From: an uncultured Actinomycetes bacterium
GTDB taxonomy: Bacteria > Actinomycetota > Thermoleophilia > UBA2241
Reading direction: 5' to 3'
Assembly: GCA_963767005.1 (NCBI GenBank)
Contig: CAVYCN010000008.1
Location: 32,001 to 96,000 of the forward strand
DNA: 64,000 nt
Notes under the pieces: generated by a model
Seen by the model: the letters and a program-made list of their open reading frames with translations, nothing else
Database searches by the model: none
Told to the model about the DNA's origin: nothing
Program-made: the position numbers and the translations under genes
Shown here: positions 9,350 through 20,224 of the stretch, piece by piece
How the letters are laid out: the number at the start of each line of letters is the position of its first letter
Numbering within the stretch: the first letter of the stretch is position 1

Positions 9350-11236
9350 TCATCGCAGCACCACGAACAGGACGCCTACGGCGACGCCCAGGCCGACGAC
9401 GAACACGTAGGAGCGCACGAGACCGTTCTGCGTGGCCGACAGGCCGCGCCAGCCGGCCCGGGTGAGGCGCGCGAGGGCGGCCACGGGCGGGTCGAAGAGG
9501 TCGCCCCTGCTCACGCGCGCGAACCACAGGAAGGGCACCTCGAACGCGTAACGGTAGAGGGTGTCGAAGCCCCAGCCGGCCAGGAAGAAGCGCGCGGCAA
9601 ACGACGTCTCGGCCTCGGCGCGCTCCTGGCGGCGGCGCTCGTAGAGCAGCCAGCCGAGGCCGATGCCGGCGACGGCGATCACACCGGGCAGGTACACCGT
9701 CCAGGCGTCGGCGGCCAGGCCGGCGTGGCGCAGCGCCGCCTCGGGCAGCACCGGCGCGAGGAACTTGTCGAGCGCCTGGATGTGCGCCCAACCGCGCGGG
9801 ACGTCGATCAGGCCGGCGACCACGGAACCCACGGCGAGCACATACAGCGGCAGCCTGATCGCGAGGCCGGTGCGAAAGCCGGGCCGCGGCTCGGTGCGCA
9901 CGGGGCCGAAGAACACCGTAAAGACGGCGCGGAACGAGTAGAGGCCGGTGAGCAGGGAGCCGACCAGGCCGCCTGCCCACAGCCAGGCGCTGCCCTGCGT
10001 GGACTGCAGGGCGCGGTCGATGATGAGGTCCTTGCTGTAGAAGCCGGCGGTCACGATCGGCAGGGCCGACAGGGCGGCGGCGCCGATCAGGAAGGTCCAG
10101 AAGGCCAGGGGCAGCCGCGTGCGCAGGCCGCCCATCCTGAAGATCTCGTGCTCGTCGTCCATGGCGTCGATCACGACGCCGGCCGACAGGAACAGCAGCG
10201 CCTTGAAGAAGGCGTGGGTGATGAACATGAACACGCCGGCCGACCAGGCGCCGACACCCAGGGCGAGGAACATGTAGCCCACCTGGCTGACCGTCGAGTA
10301 GGCAAGGATGCGCTTGAGGTCGACCTGGAACAGGGCGCTCACACCCGCGTAGAGCAGGGTCGCCGCGCCGATCACGGCGACCGTGGTGCGGGCCGCCGGC
10401 GCGAGGTCGAAGAGCAGGTTGGTACGAGCCACGAGGTAGACGCCCGCGGTGACCATGGTCGCGGCGTGGATGAGGGCGCTGACGGGCGACGGGCCGGCCA
10501 TGGCGTCGGGCAGCCAGGTCTGCAGAGGAAGCTGCGCCGACTTGCCGACCGCGCCGCCCAGCAGCAGCAGGGCGGCGGCGACCGGCAGGGCGGAACCGTG
10601 CGCCCAGGTGGCCGCCGCGCGATGCATGAGCGGCTGGATCTGCAGCGTGCCGAGCTGCGTGTACAGCAGGAACAGCCCGACGATCAGCGCGGTATCGCCG
10701 ACACGGGTGACGACGAACGCCTTGCGGGCCGCGTAGCCGTTGTACCAGTGCTTGTACCAGAAGCCGATCAGCAGGTAGCTGCACAGGCCGACGCCCTCCC
10801 AGCCCAGGTAGAGCAGCAGCAGGTTGTCGGCCAGCACGAGCACGAGCATGAAGCCCACGAAGAGGTTCATGTAGGTAAAGAAGCGGGCGTAGCCGTCGTC
10901 CGCGGCCATGTGCTCCACCGAGTAGAGGTGGATGAGGAAGCCCACGCAGGTGACGATCAGGATGAAGCAGATCGCGAGCGGATCGAGGTAGAGGGCGACC
11001 TGCACCTTGAGGCCGGCCACGCTGAACCAGGTCCACAGGGCCTGGTCGAAGGCGTGGCCGGCCGGCGGCGCGGCGATGAAGTCGAGCGAGACGGCGAGCG
11101 CGACGAGCGCCGCGAGGCCGACCGAGCCGGCGCCCACCAGGGCCACGCCGCGCTGCGGCAGGCGGCGCCCGCCGAGGGCCAGCACGGCGAAGCCGGCGAA
11201 GGGCAGCAGAGGCACGAGGAAGAGGGCGTGCAGCAT
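9350..11236 (-). CDS. nuoL: NADH-quinone oxidoreductase subunit L
   Basis: GWEGVGLCSYLLIGFW, GKSAQLPLQTWLPDAMAGPSPVSALIHAATMV, HAFFKALLFL. Confidence 0.95.
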   Translation of the reverse strand: MLHALFLVPLLPFAGFAVLALGGRRLPQRGVALVGAGSVGLAALVALAVSLDFIAAPPAGHAFDQALWTWFSVAGLKVQVALYLDPLAICFILIVTCVGFLIHLYSVEHMAADDGYARFFTYMNLFVGFMLVLVLADNLLLLYLGWEGVGLCSYLLIGFWYKHWYNGYAARKAFVVTRVGDTALIVGLFLLYTQLGTLQIQPLMHRAAATWAHGSALPVAAALLLLGGAVGKSAQLPLQTWLPDAMAGPSPVSALIHAATMVTAGVYLVARTNLLFDLAPAARTTVAVIGAATLLYAGVSALFQVDLKRILAYSTVSQVGYMFLALGVGAWSAGVFMFITHAFFKALLFLSAGVVIDAMDDEHEIFRMGGLRTRLPLAFWTFLIGAAALSALPIVTAGFYSKDLIIDRALQSTQGSAWLWAGGLVGSLLTGLYSFRAVFTVFFGPVRTEPRPGFRTGLAIRLPLYVLAVGSVVAGLIDVPRGWAHIQALDKFLAPVLPEAALRHAGLAADAWTVYLPGVIAVAGIGLGWLLYERRRQERAEAETSFAARFFLAGWGFDTLYRYAFEVPFLWFARVSRGDLFDPPVAALARLTRAGWRGLSATQNGLVRSYVFVVGLGVAVGVLFVVLR

Positions 11237-11237
11237 G

Positions 11238-11546
11238 TCAGCCTCGCATCCTGTTCGCGGCGTCGATGTCGAGCGAGCCGAAGGCACGCCGGAACAGCAG
11301 CGCCAGCGCGAGGCCCACGGCCACCTCGGCGGCCGCCATGGCGAGGATGAAGATGAACATGACCTGGCCGTCGGGGCGGCCCCAGCGCGAGCCGGCCACG
11401 ACGAAGGCCAGGCCGGAGGCGTTCAGCATGATCTCGATCGAGGCCAGCACGAAGATCAGGTTGCGGCGCACGAGCACGCCGGTCAGGCCGACCAGGAACA
11501 GGGCGGCGGCCAGGTAGAGGCCGTACTGGAAGGGCACGTGGGCCAT
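11238..11546 (-). CDS. nuoK: NADH-quinone oxidoreductase subunit K
   Basis: [27 protein letters not shown]. Confidence 0.95.
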   Translation of the reverse strand: MAHVPFQYGLYLAAALFLVGLTGVLVRRNLIFVLASIEIMLNASGLAFVVAGSRWGRPDGQVMFIFILAMAAAEVAVGLALALLFRRAFGSLDIDAANRMRG

Positions 11547-12169
11547 CAGGCATCCCTCCCCACGGCCTGCCGCAGCGGCTCGCCGGGCCGCGGCGGTTCG
11601 CCGGGCCGCGGCGTTTCGCCCGGCCGCGGCGGCTCGACGAACTGCGCCTCGCCGCCGCGCACCCGCTCGAGCTCCGGCTCGCGCTGGCGCTGGCCGAGGT
11701 GACGAGCGCCGATCAGGGCGGCGAGCAGCAGCGTCGAGGCCAGCTCGACGCCGATCGCATAGGGCCCGTAGAGGGCGACGCCGACCGCGCGGGGCGGCAC
11801 CGCGTGCACGCCGGTGTGGGCCGCCGGACCGGTCGAGATCGCCAGGGCGAGCTCGACGAGCAGGGCGACGGACAGCAGGCCGGGGCCGAGGAACGAGATC
11901 GGCCGCAGGCGCGCGGGCTCGTCGCCCTCGGCCTGGCGACCGACGTTCAGGAGCATCACCGTGAACAGGAAGAGCACGATGATGGCGCCGGCGTAGATGA
12001 TCACCTCGAGGGCCGCGACGAACGGCGCGCCGAGGGTGTAGAAGACGACCGCCACGGCGAGCAGCGACACGACCAGATAGAGCAGCGCGTGGATCGTGTC
12101 GCGGCGCGTCACGACGAGCAGCGTCGAGACGAGCGCGACGGCGGCGGCCAGGTAGAAGACGACGGTCAC
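11546..12169 (-). CDS. nuoJ: NADH-quinone oxidoreductase subunit J
   Basis: [34 protein letters not shown]. Confidence 0.93.
   Translation of the reverse strand: MTVVFYLAAAVALVSTLLVVTRRDTIHALLYLVVSLLAVAVVFYTLGAPFVAALEVIIYAGAIIVLFLFTVMLLNVGRQAEGDEPARLRPISFLGPGLLSVALLVELALAISTGPAAHTGVHAVPPRAVGVALYGPYAIGVELASTLLLAALIGARHLGQRQREPELERVRGGEAQFVEPPRPGETPRPGEPPRPGEPLRQAVGRDA
11579..11632 (-). repeat. 3 x 18-bp in-frame tandem repeat (xPRPGE) in the NuoJ tail
   Basis: [18 protein letters not shown] at the C-terminus. Confidence 0.8.
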
Positions 12170-12182
12170 GGCTCGCGCGTCC

Positions 12183-12695
12183 TCACGGCAGCAGCCGCTT
12201 CGGATCGTACGGCGGGGCCTCGTGCTCGGCCTCGCCGGTCGCCTTGCCGCCGATGGCGAGGCCGGCGATCCGGTAGAAGTCGTAGTCGTGGTACTTGCCG
12301 GTGCCCGCGATCAGCAGGTCTTCCTTCTCGTAGACCATGTTGGCGCGCACGTACTCGCTCATCTCGAAGTCTGGGGTGAGCTGGATGGCGTAGGTCGGGC
12401 AGGCCTCCTCGCAGTAGCCGCAGAAGATGCAGCGCGAGAAGTTGATGCGAAACCACTCGGGGTAGCGCCGGCCGTGCTCGTCCTGCGTAGCCTGCAGCGC
12501 GATGCAGTCGACGGGGCAGGCCACGGCGCACAGGTAGCAGGCCACGCAGCGCTCGCCGCCGTCGGGGTCGCGCGACAGGATGATGCGCCCCTTGAAGCGC
12601 GGCGGGTGGTAAGCCATCTCCTTGGGGTACTCGACCGTGTCGCTGCGCCGGAACAGGTGCAAAAAGACGATCCACAGGCCGCGCAGCAGGCTCAT
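12183..12695 (-). CDS. nuoI: NADH-quinone oxidoreductase subunit I
   Basis: Two CxxCxxCxxxCP ferredoxin motifs ([24 protein letters not shown]). Confidence 0.95.
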   Translation of the reverse strand: MSLLRGLWIVFLHLFRRSDTVEYPKEMAYHPPRFKGRIILSRDPDGGERCVACYLCAVACPVDCIALQATQDEHGRRYPEWFRINFSRCIFCGYCEEACPTYAIQLTPDFEMSEYVRANMVYEKEDLLIAGTGKYHDYDFYRIAGLAIGGKATGEAEHEAPPYDPKRLLP

Positions 12696-12741
12696 CGCCG
12701 CCACCTCGTCTCTGCACGGCCGGCATGATCACACGCCGCCC

Positions 12742-13761
12742 TCATCTCTGCACCGCCAGCACGATCGCGCCGGTGACGGCGAGGTTGGCGAGCGAGATCG
12801 GCAGAAGGATCTTCCAGCCGAGCTCCATGAGCTGGTCGTAGCGCGGCCGCGGATAGGTGGCGCGCACGAGGATGAAGAAGGCGATGAAGGCGAACGTCTT
12901 GATCAGGAACCAGACGAAACCGGGCAGCACAGGCCCGAGCCAGCCGCCGAAGTAGAACGTCGCGATGAGCGCCGAGATGAGCGTGATCCCCATGTACTCG
13001 CCGACGAAGAACATGCCGAACTTCATGCCGGAGTACTCGGTGTGATAGCCGGCGACGAGCTCGCTCTCAGCCTCGACCAGGTCGAACGGGATGCGGCGCG
13101 TCTCGGCGAAGCCGGCCAGCAGGAACACGACGAAGCCGGGGAACTGGGGCACGATGTACCACAGGCCGCGCTGGCCCGCGACGATGTCGTTCAGGCTGAA
13201 CGAGCCGGCGAGCAGCACCACGCCGGTGAGCGCGAGACCCATGAAGACCTCGTAGCTGATCATCTGGGCGGCCGCTCGCAGGCCGCCGATCACCGAGTAC
13301 TTGCTGTGCGAGGCCCAGCCGGCCAGGGCCACCGAGTAGACGCCGAACGACGACATCGCCAGGAAGTAGAGCAGGCCGACGTTCATGTTCGCGACCACGA
13401 CGGTGTGGTTGACCGGCACGACGGCGAAGCCGAGCAGCACCGAGAGCACGATGATGGCCGGCGCGGCCACGAAGAGCGCGCGGTCGGCAAAGGGCGGGAC
13501 CCAGTCCTCCTTCGTGAAGATCTTGATCATGTCGGCGACCGGCTGCAGGAGCCCGGCCGGTCCTACCCGGTTGGGGCCCAGGCGGTCCTGGAACAGGCCC
13601 AGGAGGCGGCGCTCCATCCAGATGAGGAAGGCCGCGACGTTGAGCGCGCCGAGCAGCACGATGAGCACCACCACGACCTTCCAGAGGTCCTCGGCCCAGG
13701 CCGCGACGCCGAGCGGCGCGGCAGCGAGGACACGGGCGAGCGGCAAGGCGAGGTCAGGCAT
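12742..13761 (-). CDS. nuoH: NADH-quinone oxidoreductase subunit H
   Basis: ERRLLGLFQDRLGPNRVGP, GGLRAAAQMISYE, PFDLVEAESELVAGYHTEYSG. Confidence 0.95.
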   Translation of the reverse strand: MPDLALPLARVLAAAPLGVAAWAEDLWKVVVVLIVLLGALNVAAFLIWMERRLLGLFQDRLGPNRVGPAGLLQPVADMIKIFTKEDWVPPFADRALFVAAPAIIVLSVLLGFAVVPVNHTVVVANMNVGLLYFLAMSSFGVYSVALAGWASHSKYSVIGGLRAAAQMISYEVFMGLALTGVVLLAGSFSLNDIVAGQRGLWYIVPQFPGFVVFLLAGFAETRRIPFDLVEAESELVAGYHTEYSGMKFGMFFVGEYMGITLISALIATFYFGGWLGPVLPGFVWFLIKTFAFIAFFILVRATYPRPRYDQLMELGWKILLPISLANLAVTGAIVLAVQR

Positions 13762-16573
13762 CGGCCGGCCCCCCGGGCTCGATGGCGACCTCGCCGGGCA
13801 GGTCGACGAAGGGCAGCCCCGGCAGGCCGACCGGCAGGCCGCACACGCCGGCCGGCAGCGACGGTACGACCCGCATCGGCAGGTGGAGGAGCCCACCAGC
13901 CGCGCCGTCGGGCGCCGGCTTCACCCGCACGCCGTCGCCGCGGCGCAGGCCGAGGCGCTCGGCGTCGAGCGCGCCGAGCGCCAGGTAGGGCGCCGGGGCC
14001 CGTCCCGCGATCGGCGGCGAGAGCACGCTGAGCTCCTCGCTGCCGTAGATCTCGTGCAACGGCACGGCGAGGAAGCGGTCGGCGGCCGCTGCGAAGCGCG
14101 CCGGGAGGGCGGGCGTCGGCGCCGCCTGCGGCGTCGCCGGCGGCTCGACCAGGCGCGCGCCGGGGTCGCCGCCGCGCAGCGGCCCGGCGACCTCTTCCTG
14201 GAACTTGTTGAGCGCCTGCACAGAGTTCCAGCGCGGTACCCGGTAGCGGGCAAGGAGCGCTCCCGGCGCCTCGCCGCCGTAGCCCTCCATGCTGAAGGCA
14301 AGGGGCGCGTCGCGGTCGTCGGGCGGCGGCGGCTCGTGCACGGTCCGGTCGGCGACGATCGCCGTACGGCCGCTGAACCGCGACGCCGCGCGCGGCACCT
14401 TCATGCCGGCGAAGCGCGCGCCGGCGGGCGGCGCCGCGAGCGCGGCCGGCGCGAGGTCGGGACGCTCGCGGGCGAGCTCGTCGAGCACGTCGTCGACCGC
14501 GTACCAGCGCTGGCCCACCGGCAGGCGGGCGGCGGCGGCGAGGCTCGACAGCCAGCGCCAGGTGGGCTGCACGGCACGCTCCGACTCCATCACCTGGAAC
14601 GAGCGCTGGGCGCGGCCCTCGAAGCCGACCCACGTCCCGGTCGACTCGGCCCACGACGCCGCCGGCATGACGGCCGTCGCGCGCGCTGTGGTCGGCGTCG
14701 TCACGTGGTCGAAGACGAGCACGGTGGGGCAGTGCTCGAAGAAGGCGTCGACCCGGGCCGCGGGCGCGCGCCGGTAGAGGTCGTTCTCGACGACCAGGGC
14801 GACCTCGACGTCGTCGGCGGCGGCCAGGTCGAACGCCTCGCTCAGGCGGCGGCCGCCGAGCAGGGCGAGGCCGAGGGTGTTGGCCTCGGGCAGCACCAGG
14901 GCGAGCGGGCAGCCGGCGCCGCGCGGCACGGCGCCCGCGACGTCGTCGCCGGCGCGCCAGGCGGGCAGCACGTGGGCCAGCCGGGCGGCGGCCTCGAGCA
15001 ACTCGAGGCTGCCGGCGCTCACGCCCGACACCACGAGCGGCCGGCCGGCACCGCGCAGCGCCGCGGCGAACCGCTCGACGGCGGCGCGCTCGGCGTCGTC
15101 GGCGGGCTTCACGGCCGGCGCGGCGCTCCGGCCGCCGACGGCCCGGGCGAGGGCCAGGGCGAAGCGGGCGAGGTCGGCCGGCGCCGCGTGCCAGGTCGCC
15201 TCGGCTACCTCGTCGAGCTTGCCGGCGTGCGTGTCGGCGATCCAGAGGGCGCTCGGCTCCTCCTTCTTGACCATGCCGAGACCGGCGTCGTTCCAGCGGG
15301 CGATGCCGAGGCGTTCCTCGGCCTGCGTCGGCCGCAGGCGGTTCCAGCGCCGCAGCGAGAGGGCGAGCAGCGGGCCGGTGTTGGTGAGGTCCTCGCCGAG
15401 CACGAGCACGAGGTCGGCCGCGTCGAGGTCGCGCAGGGTCGGCGTCGGCGAGGGACCCGTGGTCAGGATCTCGAGGGCGCGCTCGACCAAGGTGTGCTCG
15501 CGATCGGCGAGACCCAGGAAGAAGCGCTCGTCGCCGACCAGGCGCTTGAGGGCGAAGTTGGCCTCGAGCGACGCGCGCGGCGAGCCGATGCCGACCGGGC
15601 GCGGCCGCGCGAGGCGCGGCCGCGCCCCCACCGCCGCGCGCCGGTCGCGCGTGGCCGACTCGAGGCGCGCGCCCATGCCGCGCACAAGCTCACCGGCCGA
15701 CAGACCGCCGATGCCGACGATCGCCTGGCGCACGCGCCGCTCGCCGTTCACCGACTGATACGCGTAGCGACCGCGGTCGCACAGGAAGTAGCCGTTGACG
15801 TCGCCGTTGTACCGGTTGAGCACGCGGCGCAGCTCGCCGTAGCGCTGGCCCGGGATGGTGTTGCAGCCGCGTCCGCAGAAGACGCACACGGCGGGTGCGG
15901 TCTCCAGGTCCCATTTGCGCGTGTAGTGCGCCGCCAGGGTCTTGTCGTCGAAGACGCCGACGGGGCAGACCTCGACGAGGTTGCCGCTGAACTCGCTGTC
16001 GAGTGCCCCGTCGGTGAGGCGTCCGAAGTAGACGTCGTTGCGCAGCCCGAAGACGCCGAAGTCGCGGCCGCCGGCGTAGTCGTTGTAGAACCGCGTGCAG
16101 CGGTAGCACTGGATGCAGCGGTTCATCTCGTGGGTCACGAAGGGCCCCAGGTCGTGGTTCTCCCAGGTGCGCTTGCGGTAGGGGTAGCGGCGGTAGACGT
16201 GGCCGGTCATCACCGTCATGTCCTGCAGGTGGCACTCGCCGCCCTCGTCGCAGACCGGGCAGTCGTGAGGGTGGCTCGTCATGAGCAGCTCGATGACGCG
16301 GGCGCGGAAGCGCACGGCCTCGTCGTCGGTGATCGCCACGCGGTTGCCGGCGCGGGGCCGCGTCAGGCAGGCCATGACGATCTCGCCGTCGTGGTCGTCG
16401 TCGTCCCAGTACAGCTTGACGGCGCACTGGCGGCAGGCGCCGATCGAGCCCATCGCCGGATGCCAGCAGAAGTAGGGCAGGTCGTAGCCGAGCGACAGGC
16501 AGATGTCGAGCAGGTTGCGGCCGTCGTCGACCTCGTAGGACGTGCCCTCGATCGTGATCGCCACGCGCGCCAC
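13754..16573 (-). CDS. nuoG: NADH-quinone oxidoreductase subunit G
   Basis: PYFCWHP..GACRQC, HPHDCPVCDEGGECHLQD, CIQCYRC, N7 motif CVFCGRGC. Confidence 0.95.
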   Translation of the reverse strand: MARVAITIEGTSYEVDDGRNLLDICLSLGYDLPYFCWHPAMGSIGACRQCAVKLYWDDDDHDGEIVMACLTRPRAGNRVAITDDEAVRFRARVIELLMTSHPHDCPVCDEGGECHLQDMTVMTGHVYRRYPYRKRTWENHDLGPFVTHEMNRCIQCYRCTRFYNDYAGGRDFGVFGLRNDVYFGRLTDGALDSEFSGNLVEVCPVGVFDDKTLAAHYTRKWDLETAPAVCVFCGRGCNTIPGQRYGELRRVLNRYNGDVNGYFLCDRGRYAYQSVNGERRVRQAIVGIGGLSAGELVRGMGARLESATRDRRAAVGARPRLARPRPVGIGSPRASLEANFALKRLVGDERFFLGLADREHTLVERALEILTTGPSPTPTLRDLDAADLVLVLGEDLTNTGPLLALSLRRWNRLRPTQAEERLGIARWNDAGLGMVKKEEPSALWIADTHAGKLDEVAEATWHAAPADLARFALALARAVGGRSAAPAVKPADDAERAAVERFAAALRGAGRPLVVSGVSAGSLELLEAAARLAHVLPAWRAGDDVAGAVPRGAGCPLALVLPEANTLGLALLGGRRLSEAFDLAAADDVEVALVVENDLYRRAPAARVDAFFEHCPTVLVFDHVTTPTTARATAVMPAASWAESTGTWVGFEGRAQRSFQVMESERAVQPTWRWLSSLAAAARLPVGQRWYAVDDVLDELARERPDLAPAALAAPPAGARFAGMKVPRAASRFSGRTAIVADRTVHEPPPPDDRDAPLAFSMEGYGGEAPGALLARYRVPRWNSVQALNKFQEEVAGPLRGGDPGARLVEPPATPQAAPTPALPARFAAAADRFLAVPLHEIYGSEELSVLSPPIAGRAPAPYLALGALDAERLGLRRGDGVRVKPAPDGAAGGLLHLPMRVVPSLPAGVCGLPVGLPGLPFVDLPGEVAIEPGGPADA

Positions 16574-16574
16574 G

Positions 16575-17963
16575 TCAGGCCCCCCCGCCGGGAGCCGGGC
16601 CGCCGGCGCCGGGTCGTGCCGTGCCGCCGCGGGGATAGGCGCCGGTCCGGCCGCCATCGCGATAGCGGCAGCGGCCCTCCTCGATGTGCTGCGCGAAGTC
16701 GTCATGGAACAGCTTCATCGCCGTCGAGAGCGGCTTGGTGGCGCTCGGCGCGAGATCGCAGAAGCACATCTGCTCGCCCATGAACCAGCACATCTCGCGG
16801 AGCAGCTCGAGCTGCTCGGGGCGACCGCGGCCCTCCTCGATGTCGGTCAGCACGTCGACCGCCCACGGCAGCCCCGCCCAGCAGGGCGTGCACCAGCCGC
16901 ACGACTCCTGGGCGAAGAAGCGCAGCAGGTTGAGGGTGAGGCCGACCGGGCAGACCGAGTCGTCGACGAGCAGCGCGGTCGCGGTGCCGAGGCCGTAGCC
17001 GGCCTGCTTCATGTGGTCGAAGTCCATGGGCACGTCGAGGCCGTCGGCGGGGATGAAGGGCGTCGAGGCGCCGCCCGGCAGCACGGCGCGCAGGGTGTAG
17101 CCGTCGCGCATGCCGCCGGCCTGTCCCTCGATCATCTCGCGCAGGGGTGTGCCCACGGGCAGCTCCCAGGCGCCGGTGCGCCGCGCCCGGCCGGACACGC
17201 CGCAGACGCGCGTGCCGCCCTCGTCGGTCAGGCCGAGGGCGCGCCAGCGCTCGACCCCGAGGCGCAGGATGCCGGGCACGCAGCACAGCGACTCCACGTT
17301 GTTGATCACGGTCGGCCGGCTCCACAGCCCGGCGCTTGCCATGTGCGGCGGCCGCCAGCGCGGGTTGGGACGGTCGCTCTGCAGCGCGTTCAGCATGGCG
17401 GAGGCCTCGCCGCACATGTAACGCCCGATGCTCACGTGCACGTGCAGGTCGACGCTGAAGTCGGAGCCCAGGACGCGCTCGCCGAGGAAGCCGCGCTGGT
17501 GGGCCGCGGCGATCGCAGCCTCGAGCAGGGCGCGCGGCACGTCGTACTGGTCGCGCAAGAAGATGAAGCCGACCTTGGCGCCGATCGCGTAACAGGCGAG
17601 CGCCATGCCTTCGACCAGGAGGTGCGGGTCGCCCTGGATCAGGTGGCGGTCCTTGAACGAGCCGGGCTCCATCTCGTCGCCGTTGCAGACCACGTACTTG
17701 ACCGGCGGAGCGTCGGCGCCCATCGGCACGAAGCTCCATTTGCGGCCGGTGGCGTAGCCCGCGCCGCCGCGCCCGCGCAGGCCCGAGTCGCTCACCACCT
17801 GCGTGACCTCGGCCGGCGCCATGTCGCGCAGCGCGGTGCGCAGCGCCTCGTAGCCGCCGGCCGCGATGTACTCGTCGATGTCGAGCGGGCGGCCGTCGGC
17901 GCGGAAGGCGCCGGTGAGCGGACGCTCGTTCGGGTCGCCGATGCGGGCCGGGTCGTCACTCAT
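16575..17963 (-). CDS. nuoF: NADH-quinone oxidoreductase subunit F
   Basis: GLRGRGGAGY, NGDEMEPGSFKD, YMCGE, ESCGWCTPC. Confidence 0.95.
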   Translation of the reverse strand: MSDDPARIGDPNERPLTGAFRADGRPLDIDEYIAAGGYEALRTALRDMAPAEVTQVVSDSGLRGRGGAGYATGRKWSFVPMGADAPPVKYVVCNGDEMEPGSFKDRHLIQGDPHLLVEGMALACYAIGAKVGFIFLRDQYDVPRALLEAAIAAAHQRGFLGERVLGSDFSVDLHVHVSIGRYMCGEASAMLNALQSDRPNPRWRPPHMASAGLWSRPTVINNVESLCCVPGILRLGVERWRALGLTDEGGTRVCGVSGRARRTGAWELPVGTPLREMIEGQAGGMRDGYTLRAVLPGGASTPFIPADGLDVPMDFDHMKQAGYGLGTATALLVDDSVCPVGLTLNLLRFFAQESCGWCTPCWAGLPWAVDVLTDIEEGRGRPEQLELLREMCWFMGEQMCFCDLAPSATKPLSTAMKLFHDDFAQHIEEGRCRYRDGGRTGAYPRGGTARPGAGGPAPGGGA

Positions 17964-18420
17964 AGCGCGAGAGGATCTCATCGATGCGCTCGGGTGTGAG
18001 GTCGCCGTGGAAGTCCTCGTCGATCTGCATCGCCGGCGCGTGGTCGCACTGCGCGAGGCAGACGATCGGCAGGAAGGTGAAGCGGCCGTCGGGGGTCGTC
18101 TCGCCGAGCTCGATGCCGAGCCGTGCGCTCAGGTGCTGGCGCATGCGCTCGTAGCCCATCACGTAGCAGCAGTCGCTGTCGCAGATGAGGATGACGTGGC
18201 GCCCGACCGGCCGCCGGAACACCATGTTGGCGAAGGTCGCGGGCGAGTCGAGCTGCTCGACCGTCTCGCCGAGCAGCTCGGCGATGTCGGCGAGCGCCTC
18301 GTCGGACAGCCAGCCGCGGTGCTTCTGCACGATGCGAAAGGCGCTGGCCGCCGCCGACCGGGCGTGCGGGTAGTGCGGCAGGACGGCTTCGATCTCGGCG
18401 CGTTCTTCGTCGCTCAGCAT
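17956..18420 (-). CDS. nuoE: NADH-quinone oxidoreductase subunit E
   Basis: CDSDCC...CLAQCDHAP 2Fe-2S motif. Confidence 0.93.
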   Translation of the reverse strand: MLSDEERAEIEAVLPHYPHARSAAASAFRIVQKHRGWLSDEALADIAELLGETVEQLDSPATFANMVFRRPVGRHVILICDSDCCYVMGYERMRQHLSARLGIELGETTPDGRFTFLPIVCLAQCDHAPAMQIDEDFHGDLTPERIDEILSRYE

Positions 18421-18459
18421 GGTGTCCTCAGGGCGCGGTCTGCGGGCCTTGGCACGGCG

Positions 18460-20223
18460 TCACCGGTCCACGTCGGCCATCGTGAAGTCGATGCTGCCGA
18501 GGATCGTGATGAGGTCGGGGATCTCGAGGCCCTCGGTCATCAGGGGCAGGGCCTGCAGGTGCGGGAACGAGGGCGTGCGCACGCGGTTGCGGTAGGCGCT
18601 GTCGCCGCCGTCGCTGACCAGGTAGTAGGTGCTGTTGCCGCGCGGCATCTCGGTCGCGACCGCGGCCTCGCCGGGCGGCACGACCGGTCCCCAGCTCACG
18701 CCGAGGAAATGGTCGATCAGGGTCTCGATGCTGTGCATCGTGCCGGGCTGCTTGATCGGCGGCGTGGCGAGCGGCTGCCGCGACTTATGGTCGCCGGCCG
18801 GCATGTGCTCGAGGCACTGGCGCACGATGCGCAGGCTCTGCCGCATCTCCTGGCTGCGCACGACGAGGCGGTCGTAGGAGTCGCCGCCGGCCGCCGTCGG
18901 CACCTCGAAGTCGAACCAGTCGTAGCCCGAGTAGGGGCGCTTCTTGCGCAGGTCCCAGTCGCTGCCGCAGCAACGCAGGTTGGGGCCGGTGACGCCCCAC
19001 TCGACGGCCTGCTCGAGCGTCAGCGTGCCGACGCCCTTGGCGCGGGCCTTGGTCAGGCGGCTGTCGAGCACCAGGTGGTCGTACTCGTCGAGGCGCGGCG
19101 CCAGGTAGTCGAGGAACTCGCGCACGAGCTCGTCCCAGCCGCGCGGCAGGTCGTCGGCGACGCCGCCGAGGCGGAACCAGCCGGGGTGCATGCGGCCGCC
19201 GGCGACCGCCTGGACGATGTCGTGGATGCGCTCGCGGTCGCTGAACATGTAGAAGACCGGCGACAGGGCGCCGATGTCCTGGGCGAACGTGCCGTAGTAG
19301 AGCAGATGGCTGTTGATGCGGAAGAGCTCGCACATCATCACCCGGATGGCCTTCGCCCGGTCCGGCACCTCGAGGCCGGCCAGGCGCTCGGCCGAGACCA
19401 GGTAGCAGAGCTCGTTATTGCTGCCGCCGAGGTAGTCGACGCGGTCGGTGTAGGGGATGTAGGTGTGCCAGCTCTGCCGCTCGCCGATCTTCTCCTGGGC
19501 GCGGTGGTGGTAGCCGATGTCGACCACACAGGCCGCGATCTCCTCGTCGCGCAGGCCCACCACGATGTGCACGACGCCGTGCGTGCCGCCGTGCTGCGGC
19601 CCGACGTTCAGGAACATGATCTCGGGGTCGGTCGCGAGCTCCTCGAGGCCCCAGTCCTCGGGCCTGAACGCCATCATGTCTTGCCACTCCGCGGCAAGGG
19701 CCGGCGGCATGTGCAGGACGCCGATGTCGGTCGCCCGGCAGTGCTCCTCTTTGCGCAGCGGATGGCCGTCCCACCACGGCGGCGTGAGGATGCGCGGCCG
19801 CCAGGGCAGCCCCTCGACCTCGATGCCGAACATGTCCCAGACCTCGCGCTCGTACCACGCGGCCACGGGGAACCGGTCGGTCACGGTGGGGATGCTCGGG
19901 TGCTCGCCGCGCAGGGCGACCTTGAGGCGCACGTCGGCGTTGCGCTCCAGCGACAGCAGGTGGTACACGACGGTGAAGTCGCTCGCCGGCTGGCCCTCGC
20001 GGTGCACGCGCGTGCGCTCGTCGATCGCGGTCAGGTCGTAGAGCATCCGGTAGGGGCGCTCGACGCCGCTCTTCAGGTGCTCGAGCGCCGCGGCGGCGCG
20101 CTCGGCCGGCAGCCAGACGGTGGGGATGTCGTCGGCGGTCGGCTGCACGACGAGCTCGAGGTCCGGGAACCGGGCCGCGAGCTCGTCGACTACGCCGACC
20201 GGCTGTGCCTGCGCGTCGGTCAC
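18460..20223 (-). CDS. nuoCD: NADH-quinone oxidoreductase fused subunit C/D
   Basis: WYEREVWDMFGI and GHPLRKE (C part); NVGPQHGGTHG, GYHHR and C-terminal DVDR (D part). Confidence 0.95.
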   Translation of the reverse strand: MTDAQAQPVGVVDELAARFPDLELVVQPTADDIPTVWLPAERAAAALEHLKSGVERPYRMLYDLTAIDERTRVHREGQPASDFTVVYHLLSLERNADVRLKVALRGEHPSIPTVTDRFPVAAWYEREVWDMFGIEVEGLPWRPRILTPPWWDGHPLRKEEHCRATDIGVLHMPPALAAEWQDMMAFRPEDWGLEELATDPEIMFLNVGPQHGGTHGVVHIVVGLRDEEIAACVVDIGYHHRAQEKIGERQSWHTYIPYTDRVDYLGGSNNELCYLVSAERLAGLEVPDRAKAIRVMMCELFRINSHLLYYGTFAQDIGALSPVFYMFSDRERIHDIVQAVAGGRMHPGWFRLGGVADDLPRGWDELVREFLDYLAPRLDEYDHLVLDSRLTKARAKGVGTLTLEQAVEWGVTGPNLRCCGSDWDLRKKRPYSGYDWFDFEVPTAAGGDSYDRLVVRSQEMRQSLRIVRQCLEHMPAGDHKSRQPLATPPIKQPGTMHSIETLIDHFLGVSWGPVVPPGEAAVATEMPRGNSTYYLVSDGGDSAYRNRVRTPSFPHLQALPLMTEGLEIPDLITILGSIDFTMADVDR

Positions 20224-20224
20224 G

